Below are positions 13,109 to 26,867 of a DNA stretch of 64,000 nt, in pieces. Origin of the DNA: Eledone cirrhosa (taxonomy: Eukaryota); NCBI GenBank assembly GCA_964016885.1, contig OZ024743.1, positions 228,718,001 to 228,782,000 on the forward strand, written 5' to 3'. Position numbers and translations under genes: made by a program. Positions within the stretch are counted from its first letter, which is position 1. Each line of letters opens with the position of its first letter. The notes beneath the pieces were generated by a model, which saw only the letters and a list, made by a program, of their open reading frames with translations, was not told the DNA's origin and did not search any database.

Positions 13109-16100
13109 CTGCTATTTTCTTCGATCAATCCGTTACACGGATGAGAGACTAATCTTACTAATCTAATCTGTTGATAACTAAACTAATTAAACATTTTAAA
13201 TATATTTGAGGCAGTAGAGTAGTAGGGGAATTGGTAAAGATTTCAACAAAATGACTTGCAGCTTTTATGATCTGAGTTCTAATCCCACAAAGATTAACCA
13301 TTTTGAATCTACTTCTAGTTCTTTGATAAAAAATTGTTTAATTTAAAGTATTTAAATTAAACATTAATAATGATAAAGTTAGTTACATTTAATCCCTCTA
13401 AATTCTTGATTATTTTCAAAGCGATTTGAAAATAATAAGAGGGGCTTTCGTTAAAATATGTTAATGAATGTGTTAACCCGTTAGCATTTACATTGCTCTA
13501 TATTTACTATTATATTTTCATAGTAAAGGCTTTATCTCACATAATATCAAGTCTATGAGATTTTGATATTATTTATTTTGAGAACAATACCTTAACATCA
13601 CAATGAGTGGCTGGTTACAGCCGGCTTGATGTGAGAGAATTCTGGTCAGATATGGCCGGTTTAAATTAAACTTAATCATGATAAAGGTAGTTATATTATT
13701 AAATCCCTCAACATTCTTGATTATTTTCAGTGATTTGAAAATCATAGGCAGTGGTTTTCATTAAAATATGTTAATGAATGTGTTAAGGAAGGTAACTCTG
13801 AAATTATACTTATTAACATTATCAAACATTCGAGATATAATTGAACTACTGCTTACATTGTTGCTATCATATTACAAGAAAGCACATTTTTAAATGAACT
13901 ACCTATATGTATGTACATATATTGAATGCACTTTTCTTTGTAACATGTAAACTTATGCATAATGCATACAAGTATTTCAATACATATGCATATGCACACA
14001 AATACAGTGTGAAAACTAACTGCTTCATTTTCATGGGTCTTTCTCTGTTCTAAGAGTATCTTAAATAGCTGATCAGTTCCTTTGAAGTAGATCATTAAAA
14101 ATAAATGATCAATGGGATTCTCTCTGTGGCAATATGCCAGATATACAGCCTTTGAGATTATTATAATTATCAACATTGTTATCATCAGCCTCTTTATTAT
14201 TAATATTATTAGTATATTTATCATCATTATTAACACACACTGGTTGCTTGTATCTAGTTTAATAGTCCACTGCTCTTCCAAACCAATTTATTTCCAAATT
14301 CTGATATTTTATTTACAGTAATATGCTGGTACTGATGTTTTCTTCATTTTCGTTTTTTTTTAATGAGAGGACTTTTGCCAAGCACATGACTCTGTAATGT
14401 GGTTGGCATTAGGAAAGGTACCTAGCCATAGAAACCATGATGGTGATGATGATGTGTAGTCTATAAGAAGGGGATGAGCTCAAGACTTTTCACATATCAT
14501 GCCATCTGGACACCAGTGAGATTGATACACTTGATGTTTGAAAAGTAAGGATCAGCAATGAATTGGGTATGAGGAGTGACAGGTGTGATATTGGGTAGAA
14601 GTGAACACAATGTGGGTAATAAAAAAGGAGACAAGTGAGTCAGATTAATAGGGATGGAAGTTGCACAAGAGATCAACCAAACTCACCAAAAGTTGACATC
14701 TCCCTTACAGTGTGTTTGGATCATATATCCATAGTATAGACTCATTAAAAAAAAAATGAAATTTGTTGGTGAAATCCAAGTGGATGTATTAGTTAAAAGA
14801 CTAAAGGTCAACATATGTCTTTTATTTCTGTAATAATACAAGGGTAAATGATAGGGATATAAGCAATATCAACATCTATTTTTAGAGTCTTCAGAGTCGT
14901 GTTTGACAGTATATTACTAAAATACATTCTTTGTTACAAAAGAAAAGAAAAAAACAAAAATCAAACCAACAAGCAAACAAAATACAAACTCAACATTGAA
15001 ACCAAAAACAAAGAAAGCAAGCATAATTGACATCACCCAGTAATAGAGCACTGTCTGTAATGTCTAGCTATTTTATGAATTATGATTAATAACAAAAGGT
15101 AACACACACACATATACACACACTTGCCAAAGACATGAAATAAATAAGAAACAAAATCAATAAAATCAACAACTAAAACAGTAATAAAATAAAATATATA
15201 TTGTTTTAGGACATTAAATCTACACCTAAGGGTTCATTCAAGTTTATAAAACACAGTTCTTTTTCTTCTCTATCACTCATGATGTTATATAAAAAACACA
15301 AAAAACGTTATAATGGAAAATAATAAAAATAAATAAATTATAAATTATCGCCATTTTTATTTTGTAAACATCAAAGAATTTCATTATAATGGATGTAATT
15401 TGATTTTGGCAATAAAACACCACAGTTCCTTCAGTTCATTTGATATTTTTCACCTTTTGTTTTTGGTTGCAACATTATTTTGAATTGATTTGTTGATTGA
15501 AATCTATCCGAAGCTAGTGCAGCTAAGTGTTGATATTAGATTTATTGGTGTGTAAGTTCAATAGATAAATAGAAAGGTTTCAGTTTAAAAGATAGTGATG
15601 GATTAGGTAAAGTCACTTGACCAAAGAAGCATTAAACTTAGTTGATGAGTTGTATACTTACATACTCGTTATCTCTCTAATATCCTAGGCTGAGATATTG
15701 TTATAAATAATAGTTCCATATTTGAAAAAACTGTCTCTAGTTCTATGAAACAAAATCACCAATATATAATCAAAAGCCTCATGTTACAAGTACTATCATA
15801 ATAGTAAAATAATCAATAATACCTCCACATTCTTTATAAATTAATTCAAATAAAGTGTTATGACATGATAAATATAGTCCCAAAAGGGTTAAAACAGAAG
15901 GAAGTGCCAGGCATTTCTAAATTTCGGAAATAGATTATATATCTTTTGTTAATACAACTAAAAGAAATTCATTGTTACTTAGAAGACTAAAATAATTTTG
16001 TAACAGTAAATACTAATTTACTCTTTGACTAATTTCAGTCATTAGACAATGACGGGAGTACCACCTTAAAGAGATTTTAGCCAGTCATATCCACTACAGT

Positions 16101-16668
16101 ACTTATTTTATCGATCTCTTTTTGTCGAATCGCTGATGATGGAAAATAAACAGTAACACAAATGTAAACACAGACACCTCCCCACACATACACATCACAC
16201 ATATGACAGGCTTCTGCAGTTTTCATCTACGATATTTCATTCACAAGGCTCTGATCAACACAAGGCTTTAGGAAAATACAATTGTCCAATGTATATTGTA
16301 ATGAAGCTATGCCCAGCCAGGACTGCATGTATTTCTAAACATTCATTGTTATTTTAACTTCCACTTTTTCATGTTGGTATGGATTAGCCAACATAAAAAA
16401 AAACAAAATGAAAAAAAGAGAATACACGAGAGAGAGGGAAACAGATAAACACAGGCTGAGACCTTGTGTGTATATGTGCTTATTTCTAAGTTTATACCAT
16501 ATATATATAAAGCAAAAGAATGAAGAATAACATGGTCTGCTGTGCAATAGGATTTATTTACAGTATTAACAATTGCTTATTTAGTGAGGTGAGTCTAAAA
16601 GTCGGTGATCATTAGAAGTTACATCAGTTGACCTTGATTACAGTAGATACCCGCCCAAATCGTCAGAA

Positions 16669-16699
<31 letters not shown>

Positions 16700-16986
16700 T
16701 ATTCCCAGTTCACACTGTAAATGTGGTTGGTGTTAGGAAGGGCATCCAGCTGTAGAAAACCTGCCAGATAGTTTTATACGAGCGAGACACGGTCACCCGA
16801 CCAATCTTGCCTCAAATTGGGACAACTGCCGTCTAACCCATGCTAGAGTGGAAGATAGACGTTAAACAATGATGATGATATATATATATAGCATCCAGCA
16901 GCTGTAGAAATCAAGCCAAAATCAGTTCCCGTCCCACCCTTGCAAACAGGGAAAAAACGGACGTAAAATGAAATGATGATGAATGA

Positions 16987-17030
<44 letters not shown>

Positions 17031-17033
<3 letters not shown>

Positions 17034-17299
17034 CTTGATTTCTACAGCTGGATGCCCTTCCTAACACCAACCTCATTTACAGTGAGTGTTGGGTGCTTTT
17101 TTGCCGTGGCACCTCCACAATCACTTTGCAGTGGAATAATATGGACCCCACTCCCTATCATCTCATTTCTACAGCTGAATAAACTGGAGCAATGTGAAAT
17201 AAAGTGTCTTGCTCAAGGAAACAACACATCACCCGGTCTGAGAATTGAACTCACAACCTTTCGATTGCAAGGCCAATGCTCTAACCATTAAGCCATGTG

Positions 17300-17303
<4 letters not shown>
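17031..17303 (-). mobile_element. Young tRNA/CORE-type SINE, 3' tail detached
   Basis: Nearly identical reverse complement of 19140-19412. Confidence 0.85.
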
Positions 17304-17378
<75 letters not shown>

Positions 17379-18980
17379 TTTCATTTCATTTTACGTCCGC
17401 TTTTTCCCTGCTTGCAAGGGTGGGACGGGAACTGATATATATATATATTAGTTTTGCGAGGTTTTTGATATGAAATCGTGTCGAAAGAACTCTGTTAGAC
17501 TATATATATGTGTTTGTGTCTACATTGTATCTGTATTTTTGATTGTTGGTCAGTCAATGGTAACATTGAGGACCAAATAAATTAAATTAACCAATATAAA
17601 GGGCACAGAAGCAAAAACCAACCAAACAGTGTGTGTGTTCTGTTATTAATTCTGGCAATATTATTACACAAATATGACCCTCCCCAAGTATAACAATATA
17701 TATATATATATATTAGTGTATTAGTGTATAAAGCAAACTGAGACAATAAAATGACTGTAGAATTTCTATTTAAAATATAGGTTTGGGGTTCTATTTGCTG
17801 CATAGGACTATTCAGAATACCCCACCACATTGTGTTCAATAGTGGTAAGGCAATGAATTGGCAGAAAGCTGGATAAGCTCTTCATATCATTTATTCGAGT
17901 TTTCTATGATCTGAGCTCAACTTTGCATTTCTTCCTTTTGAGGGTGATACATAAAGTACCACTTCTGTAATGGGATCAATTCTTTCCCTATATTATTTTC
18001 TCACTTCCTCTCACAAACTTTCTTCATATGCCCTATATGTAATTGGTTATGTTTAGAACTAGATAGGGATGAACATTGCCTAGTTTAAAATCTGTCCCTA
18101 TTACTCCATCATGAGTTAAGGAGAAAAGAAAGACAACCACCCAAAGTTACAGGAATTACATCACAGTCTATAATTAATTACCATTTGACAAGGTAGAAAA
18201 TAAACAACATATTATACAAATGAAAATAACAAAAATAAAACAAAATTTCATGGAGATGACAGAAAAACAGACATCAGAAGGAAGGAGGGATTAATGGATA
18301 GACAAAAATATAGACAGACAGACAAACAGATAGATAGGTAGGTAAGCAGGTAGGTAAATAAAAGATTTATTGTGGCATAATATTTAGTGTCTGGAAGAGA
18401 TTGGCTTGTCCTTCCTATTAATTTCATATTAATTACTAACAATATAGTTATTGATGAGTAGCAAATTATTATTGAGAGCTGTGAAGTAGATGGTAGACAA
18501 CAACAATAATAAAAATAATACAAACTAAACAATTGACAAAGGGAGAAAAAATGTGTGTATATTAGTATATATATATATTGTGTGTATATTAGTATATATA
18601 TATATATATTGATAAATAAACATGTATATATATGTTTATTTATCAATATATATATACTAATATACACACAATATATATATATGCACCTTACTGCTGCATT
18701 AGTGCGGGAGAAACTTGAGTCCGGGAACCTTATAGGCACCCGTTTTATGTGTCTTGTGTTGAGGCAAATAACTATGTGTATACTCTGGTAATGTATCTTA
18801 CATTGGCCATTGAGTGCGCTGAGATACAACCGGTACTGGCATTGATAAATATGCTGGGTCCATCAACCCTTATTATATATATATATATATATATATATAA
18901 GATATATGTGTGTATGTGCCTATATATGCATATATATATATGTTTATTTATCAATATATATATATATTGTGTGTATATTA

Positions 18981-19014
<34 letters not shown>

Positions 19015-19139
19015 ATAAATAAACATATATATATATATATATGTATATATAGGCACACACACACATATATCATATATATATATAGTGTGTGCATATTAGT
19101 ATATATATATAGTGTGGGCATATTAGTATATATATATAT

Positions 19140-19474
19140 GGAGGCACATGGCTTAGTGGTTAGAGCATTGGCCTTGCAATCGAAAGGTTGTGAGTTCAAT
19201 TCTCAGACCGGGTGATGTGTTGTTTCCTTGAGCAAGACACTTTATTTCACATTGCTCCAGTTTACTCAGCTGTAGAAATGAGATGATAGGGACTGGGGTC
19301 CCTATCATTCCACTGCAAAGTGGTCGTGGAGGTGCCACGGCAAAAAAGCACCCTGCACTCACTGTAAATGAGGTTGGTATTAGGAAGGGCATCCAGCTGT
19401 AGAAATCAAGCCAGAATCAGTTCCCGTCCCACCCTTGCAAGCAGGGAAAAGTGGACGTAAAATGAGATGAGATG
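19140..19474 (+). mobile_element. Full-length young tRNA/CORE-type SINE
   Basis: A-box tggcttagtgg, B-box gagttcaattc, CORE-like tttccttgagcaagacactttatttcac, AGGAAGGGCATCCAGC module, (TGA/GATGA)n tail; inserted in (TA)n. Confidence 0.85.
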
Positions 19475-19783
19475 ATATATATATATTGATAAATAAACAT
19501 ATATATATATGCATATATAGGCACACATACACATATATCTTATATATATATATATATAGGGAGTAGTAGTAAAAGTGATGGAGGGTATTAGTAATAAAAA
19601 GATGAATAAATATAGAACAATGATCCATTGATCAGTTTATATCTGTGTGTTGTTCCTTGACCAAGTAGAAGTTGGTTTGGTGGTGGAGAAAAAGTCAATA
19701 GTATTTTTATTGGTCGGGAGTAGAGTTGATGATAGATTTATATGTTGTAGTAGAGTTGACATCGATAATAACAAGGTTTGTTG

Positions 19784-19826
<43 letters not shown>

Positions 19827-20137
19827 AAGTACCAGTATATATATATATATATTTTTTATACAGCTAAAATTGATGGTGGTCACTGACATAAAGAGAAATA
19901 TTACACTGATTCTTCTCTTGAGTTGCATATGTTGAACACAAATAAAAACTGAAACCAGATAATCTGAGGACTGATCGAATAATAATAATAGTAATAATAA
20001 TAATAATTGTTTCTACTTTTGGCACAAGGCCAGCAATTACCCAGTTCATTACTGGTACTTTATTCTATTGACTCCGGAAGGATGAAAGGCAAAGTTAACC
20101 TCGGCGCGATTTGATAATAATAATAATAATAATAATA

Positions 20138-21979
20138 ATGAAATTATTGTGTACAGTGCTGAGGTGCACTACAACTCATCAAAGGTGCATGTATAGTACA
20201 TAGAATAATGTACAAATGTCAGGAAAATGAACAATGTATGAGTCATGATATAATAATAATAACAATAACAATGAAATATTGAGTACAGTGCCCAGGTGCA
20301 CCACAACTCATCAAAAAGTGCATGTACAGTACATAGGGCAATGCACAAACATCAGGAAAATGAACAGTGCACGAGCCATATACACACGTGTGCATGTGTA
20401 TGGAAGGGGTACATCAGGTGTAGTTTTGGCGTATTTCGGGAAGCATGAGTGTCTTAAAGGATGCAGTGTCTTGGCAGCTAACAACTGACACAGGCAGTTT
20501 GTTCCATGCTTCAGCAACTCTGAGTGTGAAAAAATTTCTACGAAAGTCATGGGAGCTGTGCTGTTTTCTGATTTTGTAGGCATGTTCACGTGTGTTAGAC
20601 ACATGGAGACCAAAAAGGTGCTCAGGGTTGCAATTGGCGAGTTGGTTAATAACTTTGTGGGTATTAACCAAGTCCATTGCCAGACGTCGGAGCTTCAATG
20701 AATCCATGCCCAGGGAAGCAAGTGTCTGATGGAGGGTATGCGCTTGGTTACACGTCTCTGAACAGTTTCCAGGAGGTCAATGTTCTGAGCAAGATAGGGG
20801 TTCCAGACTGATGATGCGAATTCCAAGTGTGGTCGTACCATAGCTGTATACAGTTTTAAATAGATGGCTGGAGAGCGGCTAACAAAGATCTTGTTGAGTG
20901 ATGCCAAGACACCCTCGGCCTTCTTGACAATCTTAGAGACATGCTTTGTCCAACGCAAATCGCTGCTGACAGTAATGCCCAGGTCACGTTCACAAGAGGA
21001 CTTCTTGATATCAGTGTTGTGGAGGGAGTATGTGGACGCTGGATTTTTCCTCCCAAAATGCATGGTGGTACACTTGTCCACAGCCAGCTTCAGTTACCAG
21101 TCTGTGATCCATTGCTGCATTGTGTCCAGGTCTGATTGTAGGAAAGAGTTGTAGATTTCAGGATCAGTCCTTTTGATTTCAAGGTACAGCTTGATGTCAT
21201 CTGCATATTTCAGTACCGTGGCATTCTGTAAGTTGGCATCTATGTCATTAATATATGCCACAAACAAAAGGGGACCAAGAACAGATCCCTGTGGTACACC
21301 AGATGACATCTCATATGATGAAGAATGCTGTCCTAGAACCGTGACTACTTCTTTTCGGCTGAGAATGAAGGATTTCAACCAGTCGAAAAGATCATCCCTC
21401 ACACCCATTGCAGAGAGTCTTGCCATAAGTCTTTTGTGTGGCACAGAATTAAAAGCCTTAGTAAAGTCAAGGTAAACAACATCCACCCATGAGCCGCTGT
21501 CAGTGATCCGAGTGATGTCTTCAAGGAACTCGATAAGCTGATCACAGCAGCTGGAGTTAGGGATAAATCCAAACTGTGAGGGCTGGATGAGGCTGTGAGA
21601 GCTCCAGAAGTTCCAAAGTGTTTCTCTGACACAGGATTCCATCAGTTTGGCCATACAGCTAGTAAGACTGACTGGACGATAGTTGACAGGTGACATGCGG
21701 TTGCCCTTTTTAAACAGGGGAATGACACTGACAGTTTTCCACTGCTCCGGAGTAGCACCATTGTTGAGACAGTATTGAAAGAAGAAAGAAAGCTGGCGCA
21801 AAAGGAAATACCCTCCACGTTTCAGAAGCAGGTATGTAACACCATCAAGACCAGGGGAGGCATAGTTGCGCTTATTCTTAAGGTGACGTCGCAACATTGC
21901 AGGTGTAAATTCCATAGTTGTTATGGAATTTGATGTTAGAGATGGTGGAGATGGTACATTCTGGTTTTCAACAGTAAAT
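20138..21979 (-). mobile_element. 5'-truncated, inactivated CR1-clade LINE (ORF2 RT and C-terminus, duplicated 3' UTR)
   Basis: ORFs 21999-21094, 21081-20695 and 20707-20414 carry NYRPVSLTS, VYLDFTKAF, GVPQGSVLGP, YADD, ERDLG, VRPHLEF and FFTLRVAEAWNKLP. Premature stop at 21094 and a frameshift near 20710. 3' UTR present twice (~20138-20246 and ~20271-20370) with (ATT)n tails. Confidence 0.95.
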
Positions 21980-21987
21980 AATAATAG

Positions 21988-22612
21988 TGGTATGAACATA
22001 AGCCAGAGTCGGTGATAGAAAACGATCAGGTGAAGATGCTATGGGATTTTAGGATACAGATGGACAAGAAATTAGAACACAATAGGCCTTGTTTGTTACA
22101 TTTGAATATTAACTACTTTATAGTATATTCTGAAGACTAGTCTATAACAACTGGTGAGTATTCTGTTGCTTTGCAGTACTAAATTTAATTTCTCTAGAGA
22201 ATATAGTTGCCTGTCATAGGCCTGACCTGGTGGCTTTGGACAAGGAAAAAAGATTGTGCCTGATTGTAGATGTAGCCTGCCCATTTGACATGAGTGTGTA
22301 AGAAAAGGAGGGGGAGAAAATTAACCGATACCAGGACTTAAAGTGGGAGTTAAAAAGGATTTGGAACTGCCATGAAATCAAGGTCGTCCCGATTATCATA
22401 GGCGCACTAGATACTATCTCAAAGAGTTTCCAAGGATGGTTACAGAAGATTAGTCCAGCCCCGTTTTTTTGAACACTTCAAAAGGCATGCTTGTTGGGAA
22501 CAGCAAGAACCCTCCGATACATCCTGAATACCTGAGGCTGCAGGTAGCGACTTGATATCATTTCAACAAACTTTCCAGTTAAATAACATCAATGACTGAG
22601 ACTCAAAGAACA
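21988..22612 (+). mobile_element. 3' fragment of an R4/Dong-clade LINE (restriction-like endonuclease domain)
   Basis: Translates WYEHKPESVIENDQVKMLWDF..HNRP|DLVALDKEKRLCLIVDVACPFD..KINRYQDLKWELKRIW..VPIIIGAL..LQKACLLGTARTLR. Flanked on both sides by (AAT)n, the known Dong target; interrupted at 22090-22215. Confidence 0.9.
22090..22215 (-). other. Inverted templated insertion copied from ~24627-24757
   Basis: Reverse complement of the downstream segment with 2 mismatches; flanked by direct repeat ATAGGCCT (22082-22089, 22216-22223). Confidence 0.9.
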
Positions 22613-22619
22613 ATAATAA

Positions 22620-23225
22620 TAATAATTGTTTCTACTTTTGGCACAAGGCCAGCAATTACCCAGTGTATTACTGGTACTTTATTTTATCGACCCCGTAAGG
22701 ATGAAAGGCAAAGTTAACCTCGGCGGGATTTGAACTCAGAATGAAGAGGGCCATAACTCTTTGCGTCAAAGCATGGCGTCCGACCCTCTACCGATACTGC
22801 CAATCCACTGCCTTAACAATAATAATAATAATAACAATAATAATAATAGGCACAAGGCCAGCAATTTAGGGAGGGAGGCGAAAGTCGATTAAATCGATCA
22901 CAGTGCACTTTATTTCAGCAACCTCGTAAGAATTAAAGGCAAAGCTAACCCTGGTGGGATTTCAACTCAGAACGTAAAGGGCCATAACTATGCCGTGAAG
23001 CATGGTTTCCGATGCTCTACTGATACTGCCAATCCACCAATAACAATTTTTTGTACTTTTAGCACAAGGCAAGCAATTAGAAAGGAAGGGGAAAGTCGAT
23101 TACCTTTACTGGTACTTTAATTTATTTATCATAGGAGGGTGAAAAACAATGTTGACCTCAGTGGGATTAGATCTCAGAATGTAAAAAGCCATAAGTAAAT
23201 GCAACAAGGATTCTGCCAATCCATT
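22620..23225 (-). mobile_element. Three tandem tRNA-derived SINE copies in (AAT)n
   Basis: Copies at ~22620-22815, 22845-23040 and 23050-23225, each with the reverse-complement B-box (gggatttgaactc or a variant) and conserved body. Confidence 0.8.
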
Positions 23226-23274
23226 TCTTATAACAACAGCAACAACAATAATAATAATAAAATTACATTTCATC

Positions 23275-23600
23275 AACAGAGAATGACAAAGGAGCCATAG
23301 ACAGGGAGATCAAAGACAATCAACCAGATATTGTCTAAAACCACAAAAAAAAATGTCTTCTAATTGATGCATCAAATCCCACATATGACAACATATCTAC
23401 CAAAGAAATGGAGAATCTATCCAAATATAAAGATCTGGAGATAAAAATAACCTGACTGTGGATAATTAAAACAGAAACAATCCCTATAATAATAGGTGCT
23501 CTGAGAATAATATCAAACACATAAGCATATACATGAACAAATACATACAACATGCAGAAAATGGCACTACGAGGCACTGGATACATATTATAAAGAGTAC
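23275..23600 (+). mobile_element. Older R4/Dong-type LINE endonuclease fragment
   Basis: Degenerate translation DREIKDNQPDIV..KCLLIDAS.P...LSKYKDLEIKI..LW..TETIPIIIGAL; adjacent to (AAT)n. Confidence 0.75.
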
Positions 23601-26600
23601 AATAAAAACAACAAAAAGAAAAATAACACTGCACATATCCAAGGAACATAGTGACAGCACACAATGAAAATAAGACTTCTATCACTAACATAACCAATAC
23701 TAACAACAACGATAATAATGTAGAAGAAAATATATTTACACTTTAGTTCAAAACACTATTAACTGTAGTAAAAGAAACTATTCACCATATTATATTTTTC
23801 TCTAAATATCTTCTTGATTCTACAAAATGTAAGAGTTTCAATTGAAATAAAAAGAAACTGATGAATACACTTTCAGAATTGTGTGTACATGTGTGTCTAA
23901 AGGAGATGATTGACAAATTGGACCAAGGAAAGACTGATTCTATTGGTCTTACTGTTGCTGATAGTATCTGTCAGTTGCAACTCCTGGCAGATGGTGATAA
24001 CATTTGAACTCAGAATGAACAGAGCCAAATCATCTTGCTTGACTCTACAAAGTCTGCCAATCCACCAGTCCTGAACTTACAAATTATTTATTGATTCCAA
24101 AAAGAAAGAAAAAAAGAGTTGAACTTGATGGGATTTGAACTCTGGGTGCCAAAAGCCAAAACAAATATCAACACATTTAATCCAACACTCTCTAAAACTC
24201 AGTCAATTTGCCGCCTTGTACACGCACACACACAAAACTACAAAATGCAATACCCTTCATCAACAGAAACAGTCAACAACAACTGCCATACAAGATAAGG
24301 ATCATGCATAAATGGCTTGTCACATTGCGAAAGAAATGTTGAACAAATTTACAGGGAATGTGAAGGAATGAAAAATGATCCCAGAGATCTAATTTGTCAG
24401 AATCCCTGTCATTCTTTTGCAATACCTAGTTTATGACACATAGTCTCAGAGTAACAACACCATTCTTCATTTGAACAGCAGAATTTCAGCAGAATTAATT
24501 TTACTATGAGCAAGCATAAGCTATGATAAACATAGATCATTTTAAAGTGATTCCTTACTGAGTCACAGGTTTGCATTGTATTAAGAGAATAGGAGATAGA
24601 TTTCTTACTTGATAGAGAACATGGATCTATGACAGGCAACTATATTCTCTAGAGAAGTTAAATTTAGTACTGCAAAGCAACAGAATACTCAGCAGTTGTT
24701 ATAGACTAGTCTTCAGAATATACTATAAAGTAGTTAATATTCAAATGTAACAAACAATATATAACTGAGGGCCCTTCAGGACATGAAAATATCTCTAGTG
24801 CTGATGCCACAATAAAATGTACCCAGTACAACTTGTAAAGTGGTTGGCATTCAGCCATAGACACCATGGAAGAAATGAAACATACTGAGCAGGACATGGT
24901 CCTTTGCCCAGCCCAGAAGGAAGACAGGAGCTTTGAAAAAGCTCTGATGACTTGATCTGTAACAACCCCTTCTGCTGATTGAAAAATGGATATAAAATTA
25001 ATTTTCAAAGGAAACAAACTACTAAACACGTATTTTAGCCATGGAATTCAATGAAAACATGTTAATCTATCGTTTTACAAAATTCCCGGAAGGTATTTTC
25101 TTTACTATGTTCTTAGGTAAAATTGTAATAATGAAATGTATGTTATACATGTTTACAAAGGTGAGTATAGAGAGCATATGAAAGAGTAAGAAAATAGAGC
25201 CATGACAGATTCTGTCATGGTTAGTAGTCTTAGGTGACAATATATAGTGCATGAGACTAAAACAGAGGAAAGATGAAGTTTGTCTGTCAGGATTTTTATG
25301 GGCAGCAAGCAACATCCTGTATAAATTTTCATTGGAAATGACAAATATCAAATATGATACAAAAATATGTTGTAATTTCATACCACAATAAAATTCACCA
25401 AATGATAATTGTGAGTTGGCCAATTGGATTATATTCAATGCTTATTTTAGAACTAGAATCAGAAAATAGTGCAATAAATATATAAAATAAAAGTATATCT
25501 ATAGTTACAAATTTGTATTTGTTGTTGTTGTTTAGCACTAAGTAAGATCTAATCTAGAAATCATGTGATTTAAAAGTAAATTATATAATCTATCATACTT
25601 CCTTTCTTAAAATGCTAGGGTTTGATTTAAGCTGAGATTTAGCTATTATATTTAGCATGCCATGAACTAGAAACAAGTTTCTTAATTGTAACTTAAATGA
25701 TGTGCAAGAAATACTGAAAGAAATATATTCACATTCACACAGAAATCATAAAGATATCCCACAAAACATAAAAATAAAGAAAATGTCATGAAGAGGACCC
25801 CAATTTTGGCATTGTTGACACAGAGAGATGGACTGTAAATTTAATATTGAAACAGGTGGATGGAGAAGAATTGATTACAATCTATCGCTGGCAGCCACTT
25901 GCCTTCACAATTCACAAAATTCAATGTAAATAAACACACACTATAACTAGAAATGTAGAGCTTGGCTTTCCTTGGGTTCTCTTGTTTTCTATGCTAAGTT
26001 TTCTGAAGAAAGAAAAAAATAAGCTAAAAATAAACTTAAATAAAGAAGCAAATAAAGTAAAGCCATGCATAAATCTTTCTTAATTTCACTGGATTTTTTT
26101 TTTTAACAAGAGAAAAATAATAAAACTACAAACCCCCATAAACTCTACCTGAGGTTATCCTATATATCAATGTCACAAAGTGTGCCTTTGAAGCAAGCAA
26201 AAGCAAATGTAGGGGAGGAGAAAAGATTGAGTCTTAAATTTTTCTGATAGTAAGAGAGGAGGTTAGACTTGGTGAAAATAGATAAATAAATTATTTTTAT
26301 AAGAGATGGAAAGAAAAGAAGTTTCATATTGTCAAAAGGAGAAATGTAACAATGATGTAACTAACATTACATGTCTTCTACTCTCAATAAATAACTCAGT
26401 AGGTATGTGCACAGTAGAATGATGGAATGGAAAAAATAAAGAAGTTTGGTTATGGATTGCGAATGAAATTTAAATGTCGGATTGGTCATACTCAGAAAAG
26501 CTTTGTAAAGTCATCTATAACAGAATATATATATATATATATATATATAATATCTGTTCTCTTATTTACCTAAGTACAGACACACATGCATGGGTAAAGA

Positions 26601-26867
26601 CATACATATATATATACACTGCACTTCAATTCACTTTTTCGCTTAAGAAGGTCATGGAAGTAGTGAGCCACTAACGAACTACCATTTGTTTATGGTCTTT
26701 TCTCCTATTCACACTGTCTAACAGGCATATATTGTATTTGCCATTTTGTCTGCAGGCAACACAAAACAAGCATACATAGCAGTAGAATTAACCCTGAATC
26801 CAAATCAGGAATCTAACACAATGTTTGACCAAGTGATTCATGCCAGGAACTTTCGAGAATAACTTAC

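Noticed and set aside
13853-14281. 142-aa minus-strand ORF
   Set aside because: Partly low-complexity (ATT/ATC repeats), with no recognisable domain and weak splice sites.
19140-19215. tRNA-like sequence
   Set aside because: It is a SINE head: A and B boxes are present but it runs into the CORE-like body with no proper acceptor stem or terminator.
26755-26862. Possible + strand terminal exon (GNTKQAYIAVELTLNP...)
   Set aside because: Supported only by an acceptor and a short open frame; no homology recognised.
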